DNA of 64,000 nt from Candidatus Cloacimonadota bacterium (GTDB taxonomy: Bacteria > Cloacimonadota > Cloacimonadia > JGIOTU-2). This document shows positions 39,777-50,185 of this stretch, one piece after another. The DNA lies in contig JAUWMT010000001.1 of the NCBI GenBank assembly GCA_030613025.1, forward strand, positions 16,013-80,012. The letters run 5' to 3'. The notes beneath the pieces were generated by a model, which was given only the letters and a program-made list of their open reading frames with translations, was not told where the DNA came from and made no database searches. The first letter of the stretch is position 1. Each line of letters starts with the position of its first letter. The position numbers and the translations under genes are program-made.

Positions 39777-39810
39777 GGGAAGGGAGCTAATGCTTCCTTC
39801 CCTCTTTTAT
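39777..39810 (+). terminator. Rho-independent terminator
   Basis: A stem GGGAAGGGA / TCCCTTCC(C) is followed by TCTTTTA, immediately after the stop of the 1141-aa gene. Confidence 0.6.
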
Positions 39811-39828
39811 AGAAATACAGGGACAACC

Positions 39829-40545
39829 ATGAAGAGAAAAAGCTTTATTTTACTATCAATTTTTGTTCTCTCGGTAACGACTCTTTTTTCTTCACCACCT
39901 GACTGGGAGCCAATTCAGGGCACTCAATATTCCATGGTTTTATTTGGAGAGATCTACCTCTATAGTGTAACATTTACCGGAACAGATAGTAGTAATATTG
40001 CTGCGGCTTTTGGTCCTGGCGGAGAATTGGATTGTCGATCTATTGGAGCATGGCAACCTGACAATCCCCCATATTGGGATGGATACTGGTATTTCACAAT
40101 AGTTGGTAACGATAATGGCGATCCAATTTCTTTTAAAATCTATAATTCGAATAACGACTCGGTTTATAATTGTAATGAAACAATAAACTTTGAAGATGGT
40201 ACAACAACTGGCAATCCTGTAAATCCTTATAATCTTACGGTGGGACAAATAAGTGTTAACTATCTTATTAGCGGGACATTAGGGGTTTCAACATACCCCA
40301 ATCCTTTCAGCCACACCATTACTTTTGACCTCTCTCAAATGCAAGAGCACTTATTGAATTTATCAATTTATGATATTAAGGGACGTCTTATTAGAAAATT
40401 TACTAATAACGACTTCAATGACTTATCTATTTTGAATTGGACAGGATTCGATTCAAAAGGTAAATCAATTTCACCCGGGATATATTTTTATAAAATAGAA
40501 ACGTCTAAAATTAATTCATTGGGAAAAATAATATATCTCCAATAA
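39829..40545 (+). CDS. Secreted protein with a T9SS C-terminal sorting domain. Its N-terminal domain is paralogous to an internal domain of the upstream large protein.
   Basis: The signal peptide is MKRKSFILLSIFVLSVTTLFS. The block QGTQYSMV...AAFGPGGELDCRSIGAW...YWDGYWYFTIVGNDNGDPISFKIYNSNNDSVYNCNETINFED aligns with the block GTQYTMMA...AAFGSGGTSDCRGIATW...YWYITIVSNNDSGTDTLSFKMYDTDTDSIYDCYETIIFED in the upstream protein. The CTD reads LSIYDIKGRLIRKF...GIYFYKI. Confidence 0.7.
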   Translation: MKRKSFILLSIFVLSVTTLFSSPPDWEPIQGTQYSMVLFGEIYLYSVTFTGTDSSNIAAAFGPGGELDCRSIGAWQPDNPPYWDGYWYFTIVGNDNGDPISFKIYNSNNDSVYNCNETINFEDGTTTGNPVNPYNLTVGQISVNYLISGTLGVSTYPNPFSHTITFDLSQMQEHLLNLSIYDIKGRLIRKFTNNDFNDLSILNWTGFDSKGKSISPGIYFYKIETSKINSLGKIIYLQ

Positions 40546-40596
40546 AAAAATATAATTATCATTGTGTTTTCATAATCTTTCGAATAAAGGATTTCA

Positions 40597-42174
40597 ATGA
40601 ATGAAATAGAAAAAACAACTCTCCTCAGTAAAGAAGAAGAATATCTCCAGCTTAAAAAAGCAGTAGAAACAATGAAATTAGGTGTTACTATTTCAAACAC
40701 AAAGGGTGAAATACTATACACTAATCCTGCAGATGCACATATGCATGGATGTGAACCCGATGAATTAATCGGCAAAGATGTTCGTATTTTTGCTACTACA
40801 AAGAAATTACAGCCATGGAAGATGGACCAAGTTATGGAATGGAAAGGTATGACAAGGGAAAGTAATAATATCACTCAGAATGAAAAGTCCTTTCCGGTTC
40901 GTCTTGTTTCAGATATAGTGAGAAATGCCGAGGGTTTTCCGATCGCTGTTGTTACCATATGTGAAGATATTACAGAATCCAAAAAACTTGAGCAAGAGTT
41001 AAAGGAAAGTGAAGAGAAACTTCGTCAAACACAAAAGATGGAAACTATAGGTCGTCTTGCCGGTGGAGTTGCGCACGATTTCAATAATCTCCTCACGGCA
41101 ATAAATGGACGCTGCGATCTTCTCCTTCGGAAATTGAATGAATCAGATCCGATGCATGGTGAGCTGAAAGAAATCCGCAAAGCCGGTGGCAGAGCGGCTT
41201 CATTGACTAAGCAACTTCTCACTTTCAGCAGGCAGCAAATAATCGAACCAAGTACCCTCAATCTAAATAAAGTAATTGAAGATGTTCGAGATATGCTTCA
41301 AAGATTGATTGGCGAGGACATAATTTTAAATACTGAGTTTGAGGATAATGTATTTATAAAAGCAGATAGTAATCAGATTGATCAGATCCTCATGAACCTT
41401 GCTGTGAATGCGAGAGATGCTATTCATAATGGTGGAAAACTTACAATTAAAACCTATTCTTATACTATTCATGACGGTGAAATTATTGGACACGTTGAAT
41501 CACTTAGTCCAGGGAATTATGCTGTCATTGACGTGACTGATACCGGTTCCGGGATGAATAAGGATACTATTTCTCGAATATTTGAGCCCTTCTTTACAAC
41601 AAAGAAAGTAGGCAAAGGTACTGGACTCGGTCTTGCAACTGTATATGGGATCATAAAGCAAAGTAATGGCGGAATCGAAGTTGACAGCCAAATTGGTAAA
41701 GGTACTACTTTCAGAATCTATTTTCCCCGAATTGAACCGGTTGAGGAAGAAGTCTTTGAGCATGAAAAAACAGAGATCACCCCAATTGAGTCAGCATCTG
41801 TAGATAAACAATATACTATTCTACTTGTCGAAGACCAGGAGATGGTTCGGGACCTCGTTACAGAAATTCTTGAATACGAGGGTTTCAAGGTTATTACCGC
41901 TTATAACGGCTTAAATGCACTTGAAGTCACAAAAGAGTATACAGATACAATCGACCTTATGCTTACTGATGTTATTATGCCGGAAATGAACGGAAGAGAA
42001 CTGGCTAAAAGAATAGAGGTCGAAAAGCCTGAACTCAAAATTATTTTCATGTCCGGCTATACCGGCGAAGAGATGCGAAATCGGGGTGTGCTCGAACCGG
42101 GGACTAATTTTATTCAAAAGCCCTTTACTCCTGATGCTTTAGTAGATAAAGTACGTGAAGTTCTTAACAGCTAA
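40597..42174 (+). CDS. Hybrid sensor histidine kinase (PAS, HisKA, HATPase_c and a C-terminal receiver domain)
   Basis: A PAS domain (ILYTNPADAHMHGCEPDELIGKDV) is followed by the H-box LAGGVAHDFNNLLTAI, a HATPase_c domain (DTGSGMNKDT; GTGLGLATV), and a receiver domain (ILLVEDQEMVRD...LMLTDVIMPEMNG...IFMSGY). Confidence 0.85.
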   Translation: MNEIEKTTLLSKEEEYLQLKKAVETMKLGVTISNTKGEILYTNPADAHMHGCEPDELIGKDVRIFATTKKLQPWKMDQVMEWKGMTRESNNITQNEKSFPVRLVSDIVRNAEGFPIAVVTICEDITESKKLEQELKESEEKLRQTQKMETIGRLAGGVAHDFNNLLTAINGRCDLLLRKLNESDPMHGELKEIRKAGGRAASLTKQLLTFSRQQIIEPSTLNLNKVIEDVRDMLQRLIGEDIILNTEFEDNVFIKADSNQIDQILMNLAVNARDAIHNGGKLTIKTYSYTIHDGEIIGHVESLSPGNYAVIDVTDTGSGMNKDTISRIFEPFFTTKKVGKGTGLGLATVYGIIKQSNGGIEVDSQIGKGTTFRIYFPRIEPVEEEVFEHEKTEITPIESASVDKQYTILLVEDQEMVRDLVTEILEYEGFKVITAYNGLNALEVTKEYTDTIDLMLTDVIMPEMNGRELAKRIEVEKPELKIIFMSGYTGEEMRNRGVLEPGTNFIQKPFTPDALVDKVREVLNS

Positions 42175-42179
42175 TTCAA

Positions 42180-43520
42180 TTATTTTCCTACACAAAATCT
42201 ATCAAATATAGAGTTAATAATATCCTCACTGCTGATTTTACCTATTATTTCCTCAAGATATTCACTCGCTTCATGGAGGTCAAATGCGATGAACTCAAGT
42301 CCCCTCTTGACTTCTGTCGTTTCTATTGCCTGATTGATTGCTTTCAAGCTTTTCTCTGCTGCGCTGAGCTGTCGCGAGTTAGTAATCAAACCACCAGTTA
42401 TATCAAATTTCTGTATATCAATATTTTTAATTATTTCTTGCTTGATCCGGTTTATTCCATTGCCCGTTTTGGCTGAAACGAGGATTGATTCTCCCACCAC
42501 TATTTCATTCTTTTCAATCAAATCCGATTTATTAAAAACAGAAATCAATTTTGTGTCTTTCAAACTCGGAATTGATGTTTCACGTGAAACAGTACAATCT
42601 TCAATCCACAAAATAAGATGTGCTTTCTTCAAAATCTTATATGCTTTTTCTATGCCAAATTGCTCAATTTCATCAGCCCTTTCTCTTAATCCCGCAGTAT
42701 CGAATACTTTTACCAGATAGCCCTCAAGGGCAATATTTTCTTCAATATAATCCCTTGTGGTTCCTGGAATTTCTGTCACTATCGCTCTTTCGTTCTCAAT
42801 TATTCTATTGAACACACTCGACTTTCCTGCATTTGGAGGACCTGCTATCACAACCCTATAACCATCATGCAGGATCATGCCCTCTTGTGCTGTGTTGACC
42901 AGTTTTCCAATCTTGCTTTTTATCTCTATGAGATCTTTTACGTATTCTTCTGATTTTTTATATTCTAATCCCTGATCGGAAAAATCTATATCCATTTCTA
43001 TCTCAGCTCTTATTGTAGAAATTTCATCGAGAATTAATTTAATGGCATGGTGCAGCTTTCCTTCCAGTTGAAATAGCGCTGATTCGAGAGAATGCTTTGT
43101 CGATGCCTGTATGAGGTCTATCACTGCCTCTGCTTCGGTCAGATCAATTTTCCCATTGAGGAATGCTCTTTTAGTGAATTCACCTTTTACTGCATGCCGA
43201 GCACCATTCTTCAGAATTGTCTGAAGTACTCGTTGGGTAACGAAGGAACCGCCGTGACAGCTTATTTCTAAAACATCCTCTCCCGTAAAACTATTTGGCT
43301 TTTTGAAAACCGACACAAGGACTTCGTCAATTAGTGCCTTCTCATCATAAATTTTCCCATAGTATATATGATGTGATCGCATTTCTTCTGGTTTTGTGCT
43401 GGTTGTGAATATTTTCTGCAAAACTTGTAGGCATTCGGATCCGCTTATTCTTATGATTGAAATTCCACCAATTCCAGGCGGTGTCGAAACAGCAGCTATT
43501 GTATCGTTGTGGCTTATCAT
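42180..43520 (-). CDS. mnmE: tRNA modification GTPase MnmE (TrmE)
   Basis: Contains the G1 motif GPPNAGKSS, the motif TEIPGTTRD, and the C-terminal CVGK. The protein is 446 aa. Confidence 0.9.
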   Translation of the reverse strand: MISHNDTIAAVSTPPGIGGISIIRISGSECLQVLQKIFTTSTKPEEMRSHHIYYGKIYDEKALIDEVLVSVFKKPNSFTGEDVLEISCHGGSFVTQRVLQTILKNGARHAVKGEFTKRAFLNGKIDLTEAEAVIDLIQASTKHSLESALFQLEGKLHHAIKLILDEISTIRAEIEMDIDFSDQGLEYKKSEEYVKDLIEIKSKIGKLVNTAQEGMILHDGYRVVIAGPPNAGKSSVFNRIIENERAIVTEIPGTTRDYIEENIALEGYLVKVFDTAGLRERADEIEQFGIEKAYKILKKAHLILWIEDCTVSRETSIPSLKDTKLISVFNKSDLIEKNEIVVGESILVSAKTGNGINRIKQEIIKNIDIQKFDITGGLITNSRQLSAAEKSLKAINQAIETTEVKRGLEFIAFDLHEASEYLEEIIGKISSEDIINSIFDRFCVGK

Positions 43521-45385
43521 AAATTAAGAATATGTGAATAAATATTTTTAGCAGTCAGTCCGATCTTCTCTCTTAATATATCCGCATTTCCATAGGTTAC
43601 AAATTCATCTGGAAGTCCAAAACGAGTGATATTAAACGAGAGATTCAATTCGTTGCAACTTTCTATAACTGCGGACCCAAATCCACCATAAAGTGCATTT
43701 TCCTCAATCGTAATAATGTTTTTAACTTTCTGCTCATGTAGATTCTTCAACATATCCGTATCAATAGGTTTAATGAACCGGGCATTTATAAGGAATGTGT
43801 TTATCTTTTTGTTCTTAAGCTTATTATAAACCTCAAACCCGATCTTGAAACTTGTTCCGGCGCAGATAATTGCTGTTTTTTCTCCTTTATAGATAACTTC
43901 CGCTCTACCCAAGCTAATTCTTTGTCTGTCAAAATCATATACATCTATCTGACCCCTTGGATAGCGGATAGCAATTGGTCCTTTTTGATATTTATTCATA
44001 AATAGAAGCATTCTCTCCAGTTCATCTCCATCTTTGGGAGCGATAATAACCATATTTGGGATGCAGTTCATATAAGAGATATCAAAAGCGCCATGGTGGG
44101 TCGGTCCGTCTTCGCCTACCAGCCCACTTCTATCTATTGCGAATTTCACAGGAAGCTTCTGCAGGGCAACATCATGAATTATCTGATCAAACGCTCGCTG
44201 TAGAAACGTAGAATAAATTGCCACATAGGGTTTCAAGCCCTCGGTAGCCATTCCCGCCGCAAAGGTTACAGCATGCTGCTCTGCAATACCCACGTCATAA
44301 AATCTATCTGGAAAGCTATTTCGGAATTCATTCAGACCTGTTCCATCGCACATTGCTGCAGTTATCGCAACTACATCTTGATCCTTTCGTGCTATCTCGG
44401 TCAGTGTATCCCCAAACACCTTAGAATACGAAGGTAATGGATGTTTAACACGTACTTTGTTGATCTCGCCGGTTATGTTGTTGAATGATGATATACCATG
44501 AAATTTTATCGCATCATTTTCGGCAAATTCATATCCCTTCCCCTTTTTCGTAATTACGTGTATAAGTACAGGTTCGCTAATATTATTTCGAACCTGTTTC
44601 AATATTTTTATTGTAGTCTGAAGATCATGTCCGTTGATCGGTCCTACATATCTGAAACCCAGATCCTCGAAGAGACTATTTGGTATGACCATATTGAGTA
44701 TGCTCTCTTCAAATCTGCGTGCACCTGTTATGATCTTGTTTCTTATAATTCTCGGTAGTGTCTGCACCATATCCCATACATCTTTTTTGATCCTGTTGTA
44801 ATGATGCCCTGAAAGCACATTTGCTAAATAATGATGCATTCCACCAACATTCTTTGATATTGACATGGAATTATCGTTCAGGATCACAATAATGTCTTTT
44901 TTCAAACCGCCAATATTATTAAGCCCTTCAAATGCTTCTCCGGCAGTTAGAGCACCGTCTCCTATTACTACGATTACTTTTTCTGGTCTTTTTTTGTGCT
45001 CTTTTGCTACAGAAATACCCAGCGCAGCAGAAAGCGATGTGCTGCTATGCCCCACTCCAAAAGCATCATACTTACTTTCATAGATTGAATTAAAACCACT
45101 TAAACCGCCGTATTGCCGCAAGTTCTCAAATGCTTCATTTCGTTCCGTTAATATTTTATATGCATAAGATTGATGGCCGACATCCCAGATAATTCTATTC
45201 TTGAGTGGATCAAATACATTTAAAAGAGCAACTGTAAGTTCGACAACCCCAAGACTCGGGGCAAGATGACCCCCTGTTTTTGACGTAACTTCAATAATTC
45301 TATGTCTTAAATCTTTGCATAGTTTTTTTAATTCAAGCAAATCCAACTTTTTTAGATCTTCTGGATTTTTCACTTTTTCTAACAT
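43517..45385 (-). CDS. dxs: 1-deoxy-D-xylulose-5-phosphate synthase
   Basis: The TPP-binding region GHSSTSLSAALG is present, together with GDGALTAGEAFEGLNN and transketolase-like C-terminal blocks. The protein is 622 aa. Confidence 0.9.
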   Translation of the reverse strand: MLEKVKNPEDLKKLDLLELKKLCKDLRHRIIEVTSKTGGHLAPSLGVVELTVALLNVFDPLKNRIIWDVGHQSYAYKILTERNEAFENLRQYGGLSGFNSIYESKYDAFGVGHSSTSLSAALGISVAKEHKKRPEKVIVVIGDGALTAGEAFEGLNNIGGLKKDIIVILNDNSMSISKNVGGMHHYLANVLSGHHYNRIKKDVWDMVQTLPRIIRNKIITGARRFEESILNMVIPNSLFEDLGFRYVGPINGHDLQTTIKILKQVRNNISEPVLIHVITKKGKGYEFAENDAIKFHGISSFNNITGEINKVRVKHPLPSYSKVFGDTLTEIARKDQDVVAITAAMCDGTGLNEFRNSFPDRFYDVGIAEQHAVTFAAGMATEGLKPYVAIYSTFLQRAFDQIIHDVALQKLPVKFAIDRSGLVGEDGPTHHGAFDISYMNCIPNMVIIAPKDGDELERMLLFMNKYQKGPIAIRYPRGQIDVYDFDRQRISLGRAEVIYKGEKTAIICAGTSFKIGFEVYNKLKNKKINTFLINARFIKPIDTDMLKNLHEQKVKNIITIEENALYGGFGSAVIESCNELNLSFNITRFGLPDEFVTYGNADILREKIGLTAKNIYSHILNL

Positions 45386-46011
45386 ATAACATCTCCATTC
45401 TTAACTGACTCAATAATTTGCCCGATCCACTGTAATATTTCTTCTCTACCGATCTTTGATTTTGAAGAAAATCCAATGATTTCGTGATGCGGCAATAATA
45501 AAAATTGATCTTTTAGCATCCTTATCTTTATTGCTGCTTGGGATTTGCTTAACTTGTCCGCTTTTGTGGGAACAAGCAATATTTCTTTTCCATGAGACAC
45601 GATCCATTCTTTTGCTTCAATATCTTTTTTATCGGCATCATGCCGTATATCCACTATCAATACTAACCCGCAAAGATTTTTTCTTTTTGAAATATAATTA
45701 TCGATTAGCGTTTTCCATGCCTGTTGCATCTTCTTAGGAATTTTTGCATAGCCATATCCGGGAAGATCAGCAAAGTTAAGTTTTCCTGTTTGTTCACCAT
45801 ATCGGTATGACACCTCGAAAATGTTTATCGTTCTGGTTTTACCGGGCTTCTTGCTTATTTGTGCGAGATTCTTTCTTTGAAGTAATGCATTGATTAGAGA
45901 CGATTTACCAACATTGGAACGACCAATGAATGCGATCTCCGGAAATTCACTTGGCGAAAGATCAGAAAACTTATATGCGCTCTCAACAAATCTGGAATCA
46001 AGAATTTTCAT
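45379..46011 (-). CDS. engB: Ribosome biogenesis GTP-binding protein YihA/EngB
   Basis: Contains the G1 motif GRSNVGKSSLINAL and the motif DLPGYGY. The ORF-track start at 46122 would overlap queD. The Met at 46011 gives a protein of about 211 aa, which fits the family. Confidence 0.75.
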   Translation of the reverse strand: MKILDSRFVESAYKFSDLSPSEFPEIAFIGRSNVGKSSLINALLQRKNLAQISKKPGKTRTINIFEVSYRYGEQTGKLNFADLPGYGYAKIPKKMQQAWKTLIDNYISKRKNLCGLVLIVDIRHDADKKDIEAKEWIVSHGKEILLVPTKADKLSKSQAAIKIRMLKDQFLLLPHHEIIGFSSKSKIGREEILQWIGQIIESVKNGDVIC

Positions 46012-46378
46012 GAGGTCTATAAATAACAGAATATTTTTCTGATTCGCATACTTCGATTTCACATACTGAAGTGCTCTCGTTATTAAAAACCAACTGAGCT
46101 TTTTGAAAAATCTTTTGTGCAATTATTTCAGAAGTTGGATTGCAATTGTTAAAGCACTCTAAACTATTAAGATTTTCATGGTCGAATTCTTGCAAAAGGT
46201 TGTTAAATTCCTTCTTCAATATCTTGAAATCAATAGTCATTCCAAGCTCATCAATTTTAGTACATCTAAGTGCAAGACGAACATTCCAGTTGTGTCCATG
46301 CACCTTTGCGCAGTCACCTTTATAGCCCACAAGATTATGGGCAGCGCTGAAATTACTTTTAATATTAATTATAAACAT
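45998..46378 (-). CDS. queD: 6-carboxy-5,6,7,8-tetrahydropterin synthase (QueD)
   Basis: Contains the zinc/catalytic motif CAKVHGHNWNV and a conserved Glu/His in the second half. The protein is 126 aa. Confidence 0.8.
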   Translation of the reverse strand: MFIINIKSNFSAAHNLVGYKGDCAKVHGHNWNVRLALRCTKIDELGMTIDFKILKKEFNNLLQEFDHENLNSLECFNNCNPTSEIIAQKIFQKAQLVFNNESTSVCEIEVCESEKYSVIYRPHENS

Positions 46379-46490
46379 TGCTACCTCAACATATAAGCTT
46401 ATTTATTTGTGCAATTTGTTGTCAAAATATTCTACACTTTCTTGACAGTAATGTCCACTTTTGAAGTCTGAGCACAGTCACGGAGGTACA

Positions 46491-47882
46491 ATGATAAAAA
46501 AATCAATAATTGAACGAGTCCTTCAAAAAGCACTCTCAAACGGAGCAGATTTTTCTGAACTTTTTTTGGAGGATTCAATCAGCTCTACTATTCAGTTACT
46601 CGACAGCAAAATAGTAAAGTCCATCAATGGAAATGATTACGGGGCTGGGATACGAGTTTTTTACGGGCATAAAGCGATCTATGCTTTTACAAATGATGTT
46701 TCAGAAAAGGGACTTCTAAAAGCAGCAGAAGCTGTAAACAAGGCACAGATTGGAGACAAATCTTTAGAAATCATCGATTTAACTGAAATATTATACGATT
46801 CTCCACACAAAATCCTCATTCCTTTTGACTCTGTTCCCCATCAGGATAAAATTGCATTAATTCATTTAATTGATTCTGCATCACGAAATTTCTCTGCTTA
46901 TATTTCACAGGTAAGTATTAATTATTTGGAAAAAGTCCAGCAAGTAATGATTGCAAATAGTGAAGGATTATTTACTCAAGATCAGAGAACTTATGCGCGT
47001 GTATATGTAAGCTCAATTGCACATAAGGACAACCAGATGCAGACGGGTTCAGAAGGTCCCGGGGCTCTGATGGGTTACGAATTCATCAATAATCTTAACC
47101 CTGAAGAACTCGGCAGAACAACAGCAGAAAGAGCTGTAAAAATGCTTCTCGCTGATTATGCTCCAAGTGGTAAATTTCCCATCATTATTGGAAATGCCTT
47201 TGGGGGAGTAATATTCCATGAGGCGTGCGGACATTCTCTTGAAACCACATCTGTTGCAAAGGGGGCTTCCGTATTTGCCGATAAGCTTGAGACACAAATT
47301 GCCAACTCGTGCCTTACTGCGATAGATGATGGAACAATTCCAAATAAATGGGGATCAAGTACAATCGATGATGAAGGGAGTCCCACTAAGAGAACTGTTC
47401 TGATAGATAAAGGTGTTCTCAAATCCTTCATGATCGACAAACTCGGTGGAATTAAAATTGGTATTCCATCCACTGGAAGCGGAAGAAGGCAATCATACAA
47501 ATTTGCACCGACATCTCGTATGAGAAATACCTACATCGATACAGGAACAGACACAATCGATGATATGATCTCTTCGATCAATTACGGAATTTATGCCAAA
47601 AAGATGGGCGGCGGTTCCGTGCAGCCAGGAACTGGTGATTTCAATTTCTCTGTAGGTGAAGGATACCTTATTGAAAACGGAAAGGTTTCAAAACCTGTTC
47701 GCGGTGCTACTTTGATTGGCAACGGTCGTGATATCTTAAAGAAGATAAGCATGATAAGCAATGATCTGGAAATGGCAGAAGGAATGTGCGGTTCTCAGAG
47801 CGGCAGTATCCCCACATGTGTTGGACAGCCAACTATCAAGGTTGATGAGATCGTTGTCGGTGGAAGGAAGAAAAATGCTTAA
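46491..47882 (+). CDS. tldD: TldD/PmbA (peptidase U62) family protein, TldD-like
   Basis: Conserved blocks are IIIGNAFGGVIFHEACGHSLE (HExxxH-like) and GDFNFSVGEGYLIENGK. The start was set at the ATG at 46491, which is preceded by a GGAGGT ribosome-binding site, not at the upstream ATG at 46461. Confidence 0.8.
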   Translation: MIKKSIIERVLQKALSNGADFSELFLEDSISSTIQLLDSKIVKSINGNDYGAGIRVFYGHKAIYAFTNDVSEKGLLKAAEAVNKAQIGDKSLEIIDLTEILYDSPHKILIPFDSVPHQDKIALIHLIDSASRNFSAYISQVSINYLEKVQQVMIANSEGLFTQDQRTYARVYVSSIAHKDNQMQTGSEGPGALMGYEFINNLNPEELGRTTAERAVKMLLADYAPSGKFPIIIGNAFGGVIFHEACGHSLETTSVAKGASVFADKLETQIANSCLTAIDDGTIPNKWGSSTIDDEGSPTKRTVLIDKGVLKSFMIDKLGGIKIGIPSTGSGRRQSYKFAPTSRMRNTYIDTGTDTIDDMISSINYGIYAKKMGGGSVQPGTGDFNFSVGEGYLIENGKVSKPVRGATLIGNGRDILKKISMISNDLEMAEGMCGSQSGSIPTCVGQPTIKVDEIVVGGRKKNA

Positions 47883-48060
47883 CCACGAAACACACGAAAT
47901 TAATAAAATAACGTTTAAAAAATATGTTCTCTTAAAACCCGTTTTCGTGTTTTTAGCCTACCCTGTTGGATTTGTTTTTTATTCGACTGGGGTGCTTTTC
48001 GCCTGCAACGGTGTAACGTAGTGAAGACGTGTAGTAAAAATATTATATGTAGGAGAAGTA

Positions 48061-49395
48061 ATGTTTGAAAAAGAATTTCAGCACATACAAGAACTTGCCA
48101 AAAAGCATGGCATACAGCATTATGATGTGTATCTTTCGAAATCTAAAGCATTTTCTGTAAAGATCTTCAGGCGGGATATTGACAGCTTTAATTATTCAGA
48201 TTCGATCGGACTTGGAATTAGAGTTGTTCTTGATGATATTACCGGCTATTCATACACAGAAAAACTAGATCGAGAATCGTTAGAATCAGCACTTCTCAAT
48301 GCAATTAAAAATGCAAAAATCGTTGATTTTAAAGAAAAAGTTGTTCTCGAAAACTATCCTTCGATCAATGAAGATCTCGACATTTACAATAAAGACCTTT
48401 TAGGAATTCCAGTTGAGGATAAGATCAAGAAGGCAAAGGAGCTTGAAAAAATTGCACTCGATTATGACAAAAGAATAGTCAATGTACCTCATGCGCTTAT
48501 TGGCGATAATGAATCTTTTTTTAAAATTGCAAACTCAAGCGGTTTGAACAAAGAATATTCCACAAATGCATGCTATGGTTTTTCTTTTTGTCTTGCAAAA
48601 GAAGGAGAGGAAACAAAGTCTGGCTACTTCGAAGCTCTATCTCGCGATTTTAATGATATCAAACCTCAGAATATAAGCAATGAAGCAGCCCAAAAAGCAC
48701 TTGAATTATTAGGCGCCAGAGAGATTAAGTCCGGTAACTATCCTATCCTTTTTAACAACGAAATGGCAGCTACTTTATTGAGCACTTTCTGGAGAATATT
48801 TTCAGCAAAAATCGTTCAGGAAGGTCAATCGCTTCTGAAGGGGCAACTCGGCAACAATATTACTCACTCCATCGTAAATATCATTGATGATGCACTGCTC
48901 AATAATGGTTATAATACTCGTCCTTTCGATGATGAGGGCTATCCTTCTCAAAAAACTGAACTGATTTCTGATGGTGTGCTGCAGTCTTTTCTTCATAACA
49001 CAATTACCGCTCTGAAGGACGACACAAATTCAACCGGTAATGCAAGCCGATCATATAAAAGTACAATAAATATTTCACCTTCGAATTTGTACATTAAGCC
49101 AGGTTTATCTTCCAAGAACGACCTTTATTCTAAATTTCCAAAATGCCTTGAAATCGTCCAATTGTCAGGCATGCACAGCGGATGCAATACAATATCCGGA
49201 GATTTTTCAATGGGTGCTCAGGGTTTTTATTGCGAAAACGGGCAAAGGAAATATCCTATTCACAACTTTACTGTTTCTGGAAATTTCCTCCAACTAATGA
49301 AGCAAATCGTTGGTATTGCTGCTGATCTAAAATTTAAGCTCTCTGCAATTGGAGCTCCTTCAATTCTAGTTGAAGATCTTTCGATCAGCGGATAA
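48061..49395 (+). CDS. pmbA: TldD/PmbA family protein, PmbA/TldE-like
   Basis: A 444-aa protein with the motif GDFSMGAQGFYCENGQ near the C-terminus. It is paired with the tldD-like gene. Confidence 0.75.
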   Translation: MFEKEFQHIQELAKKHGIQHYDVYLSKSKAFSVKIFRRDIDSFNYSDSIGLGIRVVLDDITGYSYTEKLDRESLESALLNAIKNAKIVDFKEKVVLENYPSINEDLDIYNKDLLGIPVEDKIKKAKELEKIALDYDKRIVNVPHALIGDNESFFKIANSSGLNKEYSTNACYGFSFCLAKEGEETKSGYFEALSRDFNDIKPQNISNEAAQKALELLGAREIKSGNYPILFNNEMAATLLSTFWRIFSAKIVQEGQSLLKGQLGNNITHSIVNIIDDALLNNGYNTRPFDDEGYPSQKTELISDGVLQSFLHNTITALKDDTNSTGNASRSYKSTINISPSNLYIKPGLSSKNDLYSKFPKCLEIVQLSGMHSGCNTISGDFSMGAQGFYCENGQRKYPIHNFTVSGNFLQLMKQIVGIAADLKFKLSAIGAPSILVEDLSISG

Positions 49396-49399
49396 TATT

Positions 49400-50185
49400 A
49401 TGCGAGTAGGATTTCTTCAATTCTATCCCGAACTGTTTCACGAGAAACAGAACCTCGATAAAATATCCTTGATGTTGCAGAATTGCAACACCGATCTTGT
49501 CGTTCTTCCCGAGCTTTGCACAAGTGGTTATTCATACGAATCCAAAGAAGAAATGGACCCCCTTTCATCAACAGGTAACGGCAGAATTCCTGAATTTTTC
49601 AAACATATTGCTGAATGTGAAGGGACCGCTCTTGTTGCTGGATTTCTTGAAAAAGATGGAGAGCTGTTCTATAATTCTCAAATTCTTGTTGACCCTTTTG
49701 GGAATCAGACAATCTATCGTAAAACCCATCTATTTCTGAACGAGAAGGATATTTTCGCTCCCGGAAATACGGGTTTTAAAGTGGCAAAATATAAGAATGC
49801 AGCTCTTGGGCTTATGGTATGTTTTGACTGGATATTTCCGGAATCTGCACGCACGCTGTCAGTTATGGGTGCGGACATATTGTGTCATTCTGCTAATCTC
49901 GTTTTACCTTTCTGCCAAAAAGCTATGGTCACTCGATCAATAGAAAATCATGTATATACCATAACCAGTAATCGGATCGGGTCTGAAAGAAATAGGGATC
50001 AAACACTTACTTTCACGGGAATGAGCCAGATAACTGATCCTCAGGGAAATATTATGGTTCAAGCAGATCAAACTGAAGAAGTGCTCATGTCAGTTGACAT
50101 TGATCCTGAAATTGCAAGAAATAAAATGATCACAGAAAAAAATCACCTGTTCGAGGATAGAAGAAAAGAATTTTACGATTTATAA
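49400..50185 (+). CDS. Carbon-nitrogen hydrolase (nitrilase superfamily)
   Basis: The N-terminus MRVGFLQF is followed by an LPEL-type Glu motif (VVLPELC) and a catalytic Cys region (LGLMVCFDWIFPE). The start was moved to 49400, 5 nt after the pmbA stop, which gives the canonical N-terminus. Confidence 0.7.
   Translation: MRVGFLQFYPELFHEKQNLDKISLMLQNCNTDLVVLPELCTSGYSYESKEEMDPLSSTGNGRIPEFFKHIAECEGTALVAGFLEKDGELFYNSQILVDPFGNQTIYRKTHLFLNEKDIFAPGNTGFKVAKYKNAALGLMVCFDWIFPESARTLSVMGADILCHSANLVLPFCQKAMVTRSIENHVYTITSNRIGSERNRDQTLTFTGMSQITDPQGNIMVQADQTEEVLMSVDIDPEIARNKMITEKNHLFEDRRKEFYDL

Noticed and set aside
39775-39828. Extended N-terminus of the small T9SS cargo protein
   Set aside because: This region contains a terminator hairpin. 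The signal peptide starts at the Met at 39829.
46012-46122. Extended N-terminus of engB
   Set aside because: It would overlap queD by more than 120 nt. The Met at 46011 gives a YihA-sized protein.
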